Source: Gammaproteobacteria bacterium (GTDB lineage Bacteria > Pseudomonadota > Gammaproteobacteria > Eutrophobiales > Eutrophobiaceae). Taken from it: a DNA stretch of 64,000 nucleotides. The translations under genes and the position numbers were made by a program. Below, in pieces: positions 1 through 8,717 of this stretch; positions within the stretch are counted from its first letter, which is position 1, and each line of letters starts with the position of its first letter. The notes under the pieces were generated by a model, which was given only the letters and a program-made list of their open reading frames with translations, was not told the DNA's origin and did no database searches. The stretch is taken from positions 4,212,538 to 4,276,537 of the forward strand of contig OZ244846.1 in the NCBI GenBank assembly GCA_965220815.1, written 5' to 3'.

Positions 1-135
1 TGCGAACCCGAAATTCAGTTTGTGAATGTGTCCCGCCGCACCCTTAAAACGGGTGACGAAATCGATGCCTGGGCAGAAGAAGTGAAGAGCCAGCTCAAGG
101 CTGCGCTGGCCAAAGGCCCGGTATCGATCAGATAA
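1..135 (+). CDS. 3' end of the upstream gene, probably BREX brxC/pglY (partial, start outside window)
   Basis: Open frame from base 1 to TAA at 133-135 (...EIDAWAEEVKSQLKAALAKGPVSIR*). Identity is inferred only from its position upstream of pglX in type 1 BREX order. Confidence 0.4.
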   Translation, partial: CEPEIQFVNVSRRTLKTGDEIDAWAEEVKSQLKAALAKGPVSIR

Positions 136-150
136 AGGGCTGCCCGGACC

Positions 151-1863
151 ATGCGAACCGCAGCCAATATCGAAACGCTGCTGGCAGAACTGGATCACTG
201 CGTCGCCGATGATCTTGAGGATCAGGACCTCGACTTCAAACAATGGGAGATGCAGAGCCGCGATAAAGCCGTGAAAACCGTGGTACATATGGCTGTCTGT
301 ATGGCGAACGGGGGGGGTGGTACCGTAGTGTTTGGCGTATCGGATCGCGTTATCGGTAGAGTCAATGCGTTACTTGGAGTACCATCTGAAATCGACGTAA
401 ATCTGCTCAAAAAGGCTGTTTACGATAAAACTGATCCCAAAATCACCCCTGTCTTTGAAAATCTCAGCATACCTGAAGGTACCGGGCGCCTGCTGATAAT
501 GCAGATCTATCCCGGACTGCCACCTTATACAGACAGCGCCGGGAAAGGTACTATTCGGATTGGCAAAGACTGTCAGCCGCTTACCGGCACCCTGCGTCGC
601 AAAATCAGCATTGAAACCGGAGAAACAGACTATACCGCGGAGCTCGTAACAAAAGTCGATAGCAAACTACTTTCTGCCGTAGCACTTGAAGCTCTACGAA
701 ATCAGGCCCGTAAAGAACTTGCGCCAGAAGACCTGATAAACGTCAGTGATACTCAGTTTCTCACCAGCCTGGGGCTGATCAAAGAAGGCAAATTGACTCG
801 GGCTTCATTGTTGATGGCGGGCACCGAAGCTGCAATTCAGAAATACTTGCCAGGTCATTGCTGGACTTTTCTTCAAATGACGTCAGATACAGACTACAGC
901 ATCCGTGAGGATCAAGTCAGCGCTTTACCGTTGTCTGTGCAACGCATTGAAGAAATGTTGGTACCCTTCAATCCTATCACTACTTATGAGCACGGCATGT
1001 TCCACTACGAATATCGTACCTGGCCGGAAATAGCCGTGCGTGAAGCCCTGATGAATGCCTTCTGCCATGCCGACCTACGCATCGCAGGACCTGTGATGGT
1101 CAAACTTTTCTCCGACAGGCTGGAAATCAGTAACAATGGTGGCTTTATTGCCGGCATTACCCCCAATAACATTCTCCACCACCAGCCAGCAGCTCGAAAT
1201 CCGTTGCTGGTTGAGGCGTTGACACGACTTCGTTTGGTGAACCGGACGAATCTTGGTATTAACCGCATGTTCTCAACCTTGCTCATTGAAGGCAAGGAAC
1301 CACCCCGGATACGGGAGATCGGCGAATCCGTGCTGATCAGTTTCCCAAAACGGGAGCTGGATGTGGCTTTCCGTTTTTTCGTTGCTGAGGAAAGTAAGCA
1401 AGACCGCAAACTGGGGGTTGATGAATTATTATTGCTGCAATACCTGCTCCAGCATCCAGAGCTGGACAACAACACTGCCGCAGCACTTTGCCAGCGTAGC
1501 GAAGCGGAAATTCATGTGCGGCTTGTTGCCATGGAAGCAGCCGGCTACATCGAACACAGTGACGCGGATTTGAAGGTTTACTGGTTCATCCACACTGATC
1601 TTTACAACCGTTTAGTGCAGGATGGCAAGAGCAAGACACGTCCGATGATCGACTGGGAAATGGCGAAAACTCGTGTGCTGAACATTTTGATGGAGCGTGC
1701 CCACCGAGGAGAACCGGGTCTGAGCAATCGGGATATCCGGCAGATTACCCGTTTCGATCGTAATCAGGTTTACCGATTAATGACAGAATTACGGCAAGAA
1801 AATCCCGGTTTGCAGTCACCCGGTAAGGGTAAATATGCACGTCATACGTTTAAACAATGCTGA
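151..1863 (+). CDS. AlbA_2 (Schlafen-like 'divergent AAA') + HATPase_c_4 (RecG C-terminal-like) protein with two C-terminal winged-helix-like segments; putative DNA-binding regulator/sensor
   Basis: 570-aa ORF starting 15 nt after the upstream stop. N-terminal segment LEDQDLDFKQW...GGGTVVFGV...IRIGKD is typical of AlbA_2. Central ALMNAFCHADL...EISNNGGF...RNPLLVEAL...NRTNLGINRM is typical of HATPase_c_4. The C-terminus has wHTH-like stretches (LLLLQYLLQHPELDNNTAAALC; LSNRDIRQITRFDRNQVYRLMTEL). Confidence 0.75.
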   Translation: MRTAANIETLLAELDHCVADDLEDQDLDFKQWEMQSRDKAVKTVVHMAVCMANGGGGTVVFGVSDRVIGRVNALLGVPSEIDVNLLKKAVYDKTDPKITPVFENLSIPEGTGRLLIMQIYPGLPPYTDSAGKGTIRIGKDCQPLTGTLRRKISIETGETDYTAELVTKVDSKLLSAVALEALRNQARKELAPEDLINVSDTQFLTSLGLIKEGKLTRASLLMAGTEAAIQKYLPGHCWTFLQMTSDTDYSIREDQVSALPLSVQRIEEMLVPFNPITTYEHGMFHYEYRTWPEIAVREALMNAFCHADLRIAGPVMVKLFSDRLEISNNGGFIAGITPNNILHHQPAARNPLLVEALTRLRLVNRTNLGINRMFSTLLIEGKEPPRIREIGESVLISFPKRELDVAFRFFVAEESKQDRKLGVDELLLLQYLLQHPELDNNTAAALCQRSEAEIHVRLVAMEAAGYIEHSDADLKVYWFIHTDLYNRLVQDGKSKTRPMIDWEMAKTRVLNILMERAHRGEPGLSNRDIRQITRFDRNQVYRLMTELRQENPGLQSPGKGKYARHTFKQC

Positions 1864-1877
1864 ATTTTATGCGTTTA

Positions 1878-1949
1878 AGCATTAAAATCAGCATTAAATA
1901 GAGTTTAATGCTCGAATGTTTGCTGTGAAACATTAAAAAAAGCATTAGA
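1878..1949. promoter_or_regulatory. AT-rich intergenic region with AGCATTAAA iterons and a perfect 9-bp inverted repeat upstream of pglX (candidate operator/promoter)
   Basis: AGCATTAAA at 1878-1886 and 1890-1898, its inverse TTTAATGCT at 1904-1912 (palindrome AGCATTAAA-TAGAG-TTTAATGCT, 1890-1912), and variants ACATTAAAA at 1929-1937 and AGCATTAGA at 1941-1949. RBS AGAGGGAAA lies just before the TTG start of pglX. Confidence 0.35.
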
Positions 1950-1959
1950 GGGAAATAGC

Positions 1960-4900
1960 TTGGAACCTCTGGACAAAACATTAAGAAACCGACTTGAGCG
2001 AGCAATTAAAGATGCGCGTGATACTGCCGAGGACGCCGCTCGCGCTGCACTGGAACAACTCGGCGTGGGCGAAGCCACGCCATTTACCCACCTCAGTGAG
2101 CTGGATCGTGAACTACGCCGCAGACTCCGGGTTCACGGACGGCAGCTGGGCGACCTGCGCCACGCCAGGTCCAAGGTCCAGGAAATCGACCGCCTGATTG
2201 AAAAAGTCGCCTACGAGCACTGGCACCGAATGCTGTTTGCCCGCTTCCTGGCCGAGAACAATCTGCTGATGTATCCCGACCCGGATGATCCGGTGGCTGT
2301 CACCCTCGAAGAGTGTGAAGACCTTGCCGCCGATGAAGGCGCGGCCAACGGTTGGGAACTGGCCGCTCGTTACGCCGCCCGTATGCTGCCGCAGATCTTC
2401 CGGCTCGATTCGCCGGTCTTCCAACTTGTCCTGCCACCGGAGCACCAACAAAAACTGGAGCACCTGGTGGCTGACCTGCCACCGGAAGTGTTCACTGCCT
2501 CAGACAGCCTCGGCTGGGTCTATCAATTCTGGCAGGCCAAAAAGAAGGATGAAGTCAACGCTTCCGAGGTCAAGATCGGAGCACGGGAACTGCCCGCCGT
2601 GACCCAGCTCTTTACTGAGCCTTATATGGTCAGCTTCCTGCTCGACAACTCCCTGGGAGCCTGGTGGGCGGCAAGGAGGCTCACCGAGACTGACTTCCGA
2701 AACGCCGACAGCGAAGATGAACTGCGCGAGAAAGCGTCCATTCCCGGTGTACCGCTTGAATATCTGCGCTTTGTGCAGCAGGAGGATGACGACTGGACAC
2801 CGGCGGCCGGAACCTTTGACGGCTGGCCGGAGCAACTTGCCGACTTGAAGACCCTCGACCCCTGCTGCGGCTCCGGCCACTTTCTGGTGGCAGCCTTCCT
2901 GATGCTCGTACCCATTCGCATGGAACGCGACGACCTTTCTGCCAAGGAAGCGGTGGACGCAGTGCTGCGAGAAAACATCCATGGCCTGGAACTGGATCAA
3001 CGTTGTGTGGAATTGGCTGCCTTCGCCCTGGCCCTGACTGCGTGGAAATACCCAGGTGCTGGAGGTTACCGGGTATTACCGGAATTGAATGTCGCTTGTT
3101 CGGGGTTGTCGATAAGTGCCAAGAAGGAGGAATGGTTGGCTCTGGCGGGAGATGTCACCAATCTTCGAATTGGTCTCGAAGAACTTTACAAGCAATTCAA
3201 AGACGCACCAGTGTTGGGTAGCCTAATCAATCCGGAAGTGAGTCTCGGCAAAGGAGATCTCTTTAAACTGAATTGGGATGATATTGGTCCTCTACTAGAA
3301 GAAGCGCTTTCAGTTGAAGGTGATATAGAGAGGAACGAAATAGGCGTTGTTGCAAGCGGACTTACAAAAGCTGCGACATTGTTAGCTACTCGTTGGCATT
3401 GGGTTGTGACAAATGTTCCGTACTTAGCTCGCGGAAGACAAGATGATCTCCTGAAGGAATATGTCGCAGATTTTTACGATGACGCAAAACAGGATTTAGC
3501 AACCGCGTTTATTGATAGAGCCATCGGTTTCAGCAGACAAGGCGGATCGGTAGGAATCGTTTGCCCTCAGAATTGGCTCTCGCTTCCTGCTTACTCAACA
3601 CTTCGTCGAAGATTATTGAAAACTACTGAGTTTAATGTTCTGGCAAAACTCGGCCCGCGCGCATTTGAAACCATAAGTGGCGAAGTTGTTAACGTCGCAC
3701 TTATGATCATTTCAAAATCACGTATTGGCAATGACCACAAATATGGCGGGGTCGATGTAACATCGACGAGTACAATTCAAGGCAAAGCAGGGGAATTAGC
3801 TGCGTGCCAGTGGCGTTCAGTCAGAAATATTGACGCATTGAATAGCCCTGATTGTCGCATAACGCTTGAAGCACGTGGCGAAGTTCAAACGTTGGGAAAG
3901 TTCGCAATGTCTCCTCAAGGCATAAAGACCGGAGACGATTTTCGATTTCGTCGCAATTGGTGGGAAATCTCCATCACTAAAAGCAGCTGGAGGAAATTTC
4001 AAGGGACTCCTGAATCGGATGAATTGTATGGAGGCATGCGTTACGCCATTTACTGGAGTAATGAAGGAAGGGATTTCGCCCGTCTACAAGGACAAGCTGC
4101 TTGGAGGCATAATGGCATTATAGTCAAGCTAATGGGTGACTTCAGCTTTTCGATTTATTCTGGAGACTTATTCGATAGCAATGTGACTGCTATTGTTCCT
4201 CAACAGGAAGCTCACCAGAAAGTCATTTGGCCGTTTTGTCTTTCAGAAGAATTCAAGAGTGAACTGGGAATCCTTGAGGATGGCATTAAAGTAAACAACG
4301 CAACTGTTGCAAAAGTACCATTCGATTTCTCGCAGTGGTCCAAAATATCTGATGAACAGTATCCCAACGGACTACCTAAACCTTTTACTAATGATCTCAC
4401 TCAGTGGATCTTCCACGGCCATCCATGCGGCTCGGTGGTCTGGAATGAAGCGCGAAAGTGGACCAGCCACGGCCCGTTGCGTACCGATGCATCCGTGCTA
4501 CACGTCGCTGTTGCTCGCCTCCTTGGCTACCGCTGGCCTGCCGAACTGGATACCAACATGGAATTGGCAGACGAGCAGCGCGAGTGGGTCCATCGATGCG
4601 AAGCCCTGGCTAGTTATGCCGATGAAGACGGCGTCGTCTGCATCTCGCCAGTGCAAGGCGAGGCCTCGGCTTCCGACCGTCTTTTGAACCTGTTGGCCGC
4701 CGCCTATGGCGATGCCTGGTCCAACAACACCTTAGCCGCGCTGCTGAAAAGCGCCGATCACGCGGGCAAAACACTGGAGACCTGGCTGCGGGAGAAGTTT
4801 TTCACTCAACACTGCAAGCTATTCCAGCTCCGCAAACTATTCCAGCACCGTCCCTTTATCTGGCACATCTGGGATGGTTTGCGCGACGGCTTTGCCGCTC

Positions 4901-5367
4901 TAATTAACTACCACAAGCTCGACGCCAAACTGCTGGAAACCCTGATCTACACCTACTTGGGCGACTGGATCAGCCGCCAGAAGCAAGACATCGCCAGTGG
5001 CGTGGACGGAGCCCAGGAACGCCTGGCTGCCGCCGAGGTCCTCAAAAAAAATCTGGAGTTGATCCTCGAAGGCGAATCTCCGCATGACATCTTCGTGCGC
5101 TGGAAACCGCTGGAAAAGCAACCCATCGGCTGGGACCCTGACATCAACGATGGCGTGCGCCTCAACATCCGCCCCTTCCTCACCGTTCCCGATGTCGGTA
5201 AGAAAGGTGCTGGTGTCCTGCGCGATAAACCCAACATCAAATGGAATAAGGACCGCGGCAAAGACGTAGAATCCGCCCCCTGGTTCCACAAATTCAAAGG
5301 CGACCGCATTAACGACTACCACTTGACTCTGGCCGAAAAAATCGCCGCACAGGAAGACGCTGTATGA
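1960..5367 (+). CDS. pglX: BREX-1 adenine-specific DNA methyltransferase PglX
   Basis: 1135-aa ORF with a TTG start and upstream RBS. SAM-binding motif I LDPCCGSGHFLV and motif IV-like VVTNVPYLARG. Size and position between brxC and pglZ fit PglX. Confidence 0.9.
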   Translation: MEPLDKTLRNRLERAIKDARDTAEDAARAALEQLGVGEATPFTHLSELDRELRRRLRVHGRQLGDLRHARSKVQEIDRLIEKVAYEHWHRMLFARFLAENNLLMYPDPDDPVAVTLEECEDLAADEGAANGWELAARYAARMLPQIFRLDSPVFQLVLPPEHQQKLEHLVADLPPEVFTASDSLGWVYQFWQAKKKDEVNASEVKIGARELPAVTQLFTEPYMVSFLLDNSLGAWWAARRLTETDFRNADSEDELREKASIPGVPLEYLRFVQQEDDDWTPAAGTFDGWPEQLADLKTLDPCCGSGHFLVAAFLMLVPIRMERDDLSAKEAVDAVLRENIHGLELDQRCVELAAFALALTAWKYPGAGGYRVLPELNVACSGLSISAKKEEWLALAGDVTNLRIGLEELYKQFKDAPVLGSLINPEVSLGKGDLFKLNWDDIGPLLEEALSVEGDIERNEIGVVASGLTKAATLLATRWHWVVTNVPYLARGRQDDLLKEYVADFYDDAKQDLATAFIDRAIGFSRQGGSVGIVCPQNWLSLPAYSTLRRRLLKTTEFNVLAKLGPRAFETISGEVVNVALMIISKSRIGNDHKYGGVDVTSTSTIQGKAGELAACQWRSVRNIDALNSPDCRITLEARGEVQTLGKFAMSPQGIKTGDDFRFRRNWWEISITKSSWRKFQGTPESDELYGGMRYAIYWSNEGRDFARLQGQAAWRHNGIIVKLMGDFSFSIYSGDLFDSNVTAIVPQQEAHQKVIWPFCLSEEFKSELGILEDGIKVNNATVAKVPFDFSQWSKISDEQYPNGLPKPFTNDLTQWIFHGHPCGSVVWNEARKWTSHGPLRTDASVLHVAVARLLGYRWPAELDTNMELADEQREWVHRCEALASYADEDGVVCISPVQGEASASDRLLNLLAAAYGDAWSNNTLAALLKSADHAGKTLETWLREKFFTQHCKLFQLRKLFQHRPFIWHIWDGLRDGFAALINYHKLDAKLLETLIYTYLGDWISRQKQDIASGVDGAQERLAAAEVLKKNLELILEGESPHDIFVRWKPLEKQPIGWDPDINDGVRLNIRPFLTVPDVGKKGAGVLRDKPNIKWNKDRGKDVESAPWFHKFKGDRINDYHLTLAEKIAAQEDAV

Positions 5368-8192
5368 CCTCCAACTACAAAGGAATGCGCTGGCTGAAAT
5401 GCGATCTGCAGATGCAAACACCCGCGGACGCTAAGCATTGGGTTGGAGACCGCCCCGAAGCTGGGAATGAAGCTGCCTCAGCGAAAGCGTTTGCTGAGGC
5501 CTGCTATGAACAACGTCTTGAGGTGGTAGGCATCACTGACCACAACTTTCTCAGCATGGACTTCATTCCTCATCTTCAGTCGGCATTTGAGGAGATTGAG
5601 CAGAAGTTCAACCACAAGATCACCATGTTCCCAGGGTTTGAGTTTGAGGCAGATGTTGGTAAGGGAATGCATGTTCTCTGCCTTTTTGAGCCTGGAACAA
5701 GCACCAATGACATTGACCATATCCTAACGGAATGCGGAGTTGGAAGACCCCGAACTGACGGGGGACGGCTGGCCAAATCAACAAAGCGTCTTCCTGAAAT
5801 TTTGAGTATTGTCCAGAAACCTAATCCAGATGGCACATGGCGAGGCGTTGTCATTCTCCCTCATGTTTTTGAAGACAGTCTTTTCGACAACGATCGGATT
5901 AGTGAGTGGCTTCAACAGGAAGAATATCGAAATCCTGATCTCTTAGCCGTTGAGGTTCCTAGGCCCATAAGTCAAATGAGTAGCGCGTTCCAGAAGTTAT
6001 TTCGCTCTGGTGACGATTGCCATGAAGAGTGGAAACGCATCCGCCCCATTGCAACAATCATGTCTTCAGACAATAAACAGTTCGTCAAAGCTGACAAAGA
6101 TGGGAAGCCTGTCCCAAATAGCATTGGCTATCGATACTCATGGATCAAAATGTCGGCGCCGTCCATCGAGTCGCTCCGACAGGCATTTCTTGATCACGAT
6201 TCGCGCATCATTCTGCCAGAAGATGTAACGACAGACACGCATCCTGCACAGCGCATTCGGCAGGCAGCCATCAAATCGATCTCAATCAAGAACGTCGCGT
6301 TCCTGGCTGACCAGGAGGTTTATTTTTCCTCCAACATGAACTGTGTCATCGGTGGCAGAGGTAGCGGAAAATCCACCCTGCTTGAATACCTGAGAATCAT
6401 TCTAGGCAAGGACAAATCCAAGGATCTTGATGACGGAACCACAGAGAGGATCGAACGAGTACGCGATACGCTGAAGGATCAGCGCACAGAAGTTGAAGTG
6501 TGCTGGACTAGCGCGGATGGCGTGGAAGATCGTATTGTCTGGCAAAACGGCAGCCCCAACGTGCAAGGTCGGGACCTGGCTGATCCCGAAACCTTTTTCA
6601 ATAGCTTACCACTTCGTTTCTACAGTCAGCAGCAGCTCAATCGTCTGACTGAGTCGAAAATTGATGATGGAAGCGTTCGTCAGGCACAACGTCTGCTGGA
6701 GCTGGTAGACGGATTTACCAAAAGTGAATTGGACGATCTGGCAGATCGGGAGCACAAACTCAAGCTGCAAATTCAAGATGCTTTTTCTAATCTTCGCAAA
6801 GCCAAGACACTCAAAAAGGATCAAAGGCGGCTCAAGCAAGAGCTACAAGAACTGGATCGGCAATGGAAGGCGCGTAGCGAGATTCAAGAGGACGCACGGC
6901 GACATCAACTGCTTAAGGCCGAAGCGCGCTACCTCGAAGAGCTTATGGGAACACCCGGAAAACAGTTCACCGACGTCGCCACCATGGCCGAAGCAATCGC
7001 CGATTCGCACGTGCCATTTCCGACTATAGATTCACCTCACTCCACTTGGTTCAGGCAATTCGACGATAATGTAAAGGCTGCCAAGGATTCGTTGGCCAGG
7101 ACTATTCGTGATTCAATCGAGCAATTCGAAGCTGGTGTCGATAACATTAAAGCCAGCGATCCGGTATGGAGTGCGATCCAGAAGGAACTGGATCAGGCCG
7201 ACGCAGAATTTACTGAAGCTTGCGCGGCGAAAGGGCTGACGACGGATGATGTTGGTCACCTTCAGGAAATCAACCAATTGCGCGCCAGGAAGCAGCGTGA
7301 AATTGATCAAACTTCGGACGAAATTCAGCGGCTCACTGAAGCTGCGGGTGACACCGGACTACTCATGCAGCAGTTACACCAAATCTGGAGAGAACAATAT
7401 CAGAAACGTGAAGAAGCTGCTGAGCGAGCTAATGATCTCGCTGTCCTGAACGAAGGTAGGCAGCGCTTTGTCGAAGTCTCGGCGAAGTACCAGCAGGATC
7501 ACAAAAACTTCCGCGAACTCTGGCAGAACTTTGCACCCTCTGATGGGCGGACACGACTGGGGAAGAATTGGGAGAACTGTGGAGAGACGCTATACAAACT
7601 TTTTGTCGGACAGGAGGGTGCCGAATCTCCATGGCAAGTTCTGGAAGGACGTTTGTCTATGGAGCAAAGTTCAGCCGGGCCGGATTTCGAATCGTACAGC
7701 CAAGAACTATTCCAGCACATTCAGGACAATCTTGAACGCTGGGAAAAGCTACGCTGTTCCCGGGTACAAGATACCGTTGACATGAAACTGTTTCGGGCGG
7801 ATGGCTCCACTGCTGGCAGCATCGCTGAGGGTTCACTCTCTGACGGTCAGCGGAATACCGCCGCCCTCGCACTGTTGCTCGCGCAAGAAGGTGGACCGTT
7901 GGTCATCGATCAGCCCGAGGATGAGTTGGATTCCAATTTCGTGTTCCGGGAACTGATTCCAATGCTGCGTAAAGTGAAATTGAAACGTCAACTCATTATG
8001 GCTACGCACAACGCCAATCTGCCGGTAAATGGAGATGCAGAACTGGTCTACGCCTTTGAGGCGCGAAACGGTAAGGGCGAAGCGCTCGCCTGTGGCGGAC
8101 TCGATCAAGCGAATGTAACCAGGGCTGTTCTCGACGTCATGGAAGGGACGGAAGAAGCATTCCGCCGTAGACGAGAGAAATACAATTTTTGA
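5364..8192 (+). CDS. PHP-domain phosphoesterase fused to an SMC/ABC-like coiled-coil AAA ATPase (TrlF-like architecture)
   Basis: 942-aa ORF whose start overlaps the pglX stop (ATGA). N-terminal PHP-like VVGITDHNF...HVLCLFEP. Walker A GGRGSGKST, a long charged coiled-coil region (aa ~430-700), signature-like LSDGQRNTAALALLL, Walker B LVIDQPEDELD, and H-loop-like MATHNANL. Confidence 0.8.
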   Translation: MTSNYKGMRWLKCDLQMQTPADAKHWVGDRPEAGNEAASAKAFAEACYEQRLEVVGITDHNFLSMDFIPHLQSAFEEIEQKFNHKITMFPGFEFEADVGKGMHVLCLFEPGTSTNDIDHILTECGVGRPRTDGGRLAKSTKRLPEILSIVQKPNPDGTWRGVVILPHVFEDSLFDNDRISEWLQQEEYRNPDLLAVEVPRPISQMSSAFQKLFRSGDDCHEEWKRIRPIATIMSSDNKQFVKADKDGKPVPNSIGYRYSWIKMSAPSIESLRQAFLDHDSRIILPEDVTTDTHPAQRIRQAAIKSISIKNVAFLADQEVYFSSNMNCVIGGRGSGKSTLLEYLRIILGKDKSKDLDDGTTERIERVRDTLKDQRTEVEVCWTSADGVEDRIVWQNGSPNVQGRDLADPETFFNSLPLRFYSQQQLNRLTESKIDDGSVRQAQRLLELVDGFTKSELDDLADREHKLKLQIQDAFSNLRKAKTLKKDQRRLKQELQELDRQWKARSEIQEDARRHQLLKAEARYLEELMGTPGKQFTDVATMAEAIADSHVPFPTIDSPHSTWFRQFDDNVKAAKDSLARTIRDSIEQFEAGVDNIKASDPVWSAIQKELDQADAEFTEACAAKGLTTDDVGHLQEINQLRARKQREIDQTSDEIQRLTEAAGDTGLLMQQLHQIWREQYQKREEAAERANDLAVLNEGRQRFVEVSAKYQQDHKNFRELWQNFAPSDGRTRLGKNWENCGETLYKLFVGQEGAESPWQVLEGRLSMEQSSAGPDFESYSQELFQHIQDNLERWEKLRCSRVQDTVDMKLFRADGSTAGSIAEGSLSDGQRNTAALALLLAQEGGPLVIDQPEDELDSNFVFRELIPMLRKVKLKRQLIMATHNANLPVNGDAELVYAFEARNGKGEALACGGLDQANVTRAVLDVMEGTEEAFRRRREKYNF

Positions 8193-8200
8193 GGTATCAG

Positions 8201-8416
8201 ATGATTAAGTCCGTAAATAACTACCCAATATCACAGCTCTTCGATATCGACGCAGCAGTGGTCTACAACATCCCTCGTTACCAGCGAGAATACACTTGGG
8301 GCAAACACCAGCGGGAAAGGCTGTTCGACGATGGACTTGAAAACAATCCAGGCTATTTCCTTGGCTCAATCATCTGTATCAACCAATCGACCGATACACT
8401 TTCTGCAAGAAGGTGA
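8201..8416 (+). pseudogene. Truncated N-terminal fragment of a DUF262 (ParB-like, GmrSD/BrxU-type) gene
   Basis: About 72 codons starting MIKSVNNYPISQLFD...YNIPRYQREYTWGKHQRERLFDD...GYFLGSIICI, which is the conserved N-terminal DUF262 core (QREY.W motif). It then stops at 8414-8416. Full-length family members are several hundred aa. Confidence 0.65.
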
Positions 8417-8419
8417 CGA

Positions 8420-8640
8420 ATGAAAGTGCTTGATCATCTCCTGAAAGCAGTCCGTGACGCCGCTGTCTTCAATTCCAATGTTCAGGTTGCTCCGCCCTGT
8501 ATACTGTGGGGGAGCGCGATCGTCAGGGGCGGCGGCCATCCCCGTTCTTCAGGCACAATTGACTGAACTCATGATCCTGGGTGACTATACTTCTGAAAAA
8601 CATATTGTGCCTGCCATCAGGCTACGTTGCGTGACGCAGC
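8420..8640 (+). pseudogene. Decayed duplicate of the pglZ 5' end (frameshifted relic)
   Basis: ATG at 8420 followed by MKVLDHLLKAVRDAAVFN..., versus MRLLDHLLKAVRDAAVFN... for intact pglZ at 10267. There are 13 mismatches in the first 90 nt by hand alignment. The frame is lost near 8510-8525. Homology resumes in another frame (AAIPVLQAQLTELMILGDY...PAIRLRCV vs AAIPALQAELPELMTLGDY...PAIWLRCV) and ends near 8640. Confidence 0.8.
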
Positions 8641-8717
8641 TAACAGACTGGATCCCGGAAGCAACAACCACCACCTGACCCTGGCAGAAAAACACACTGC
8701 AGTGCGGGAGCATAACC

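Noticed and set aside
8454-8678. 74-aa ORF called in the six-frame track.
   Set aside because: It is the out-of-frame continuation of the decayed pglZ 5' relic (its middle matches PglZ residues ~37-70). It is part of the pseudogene, not an independent gene.
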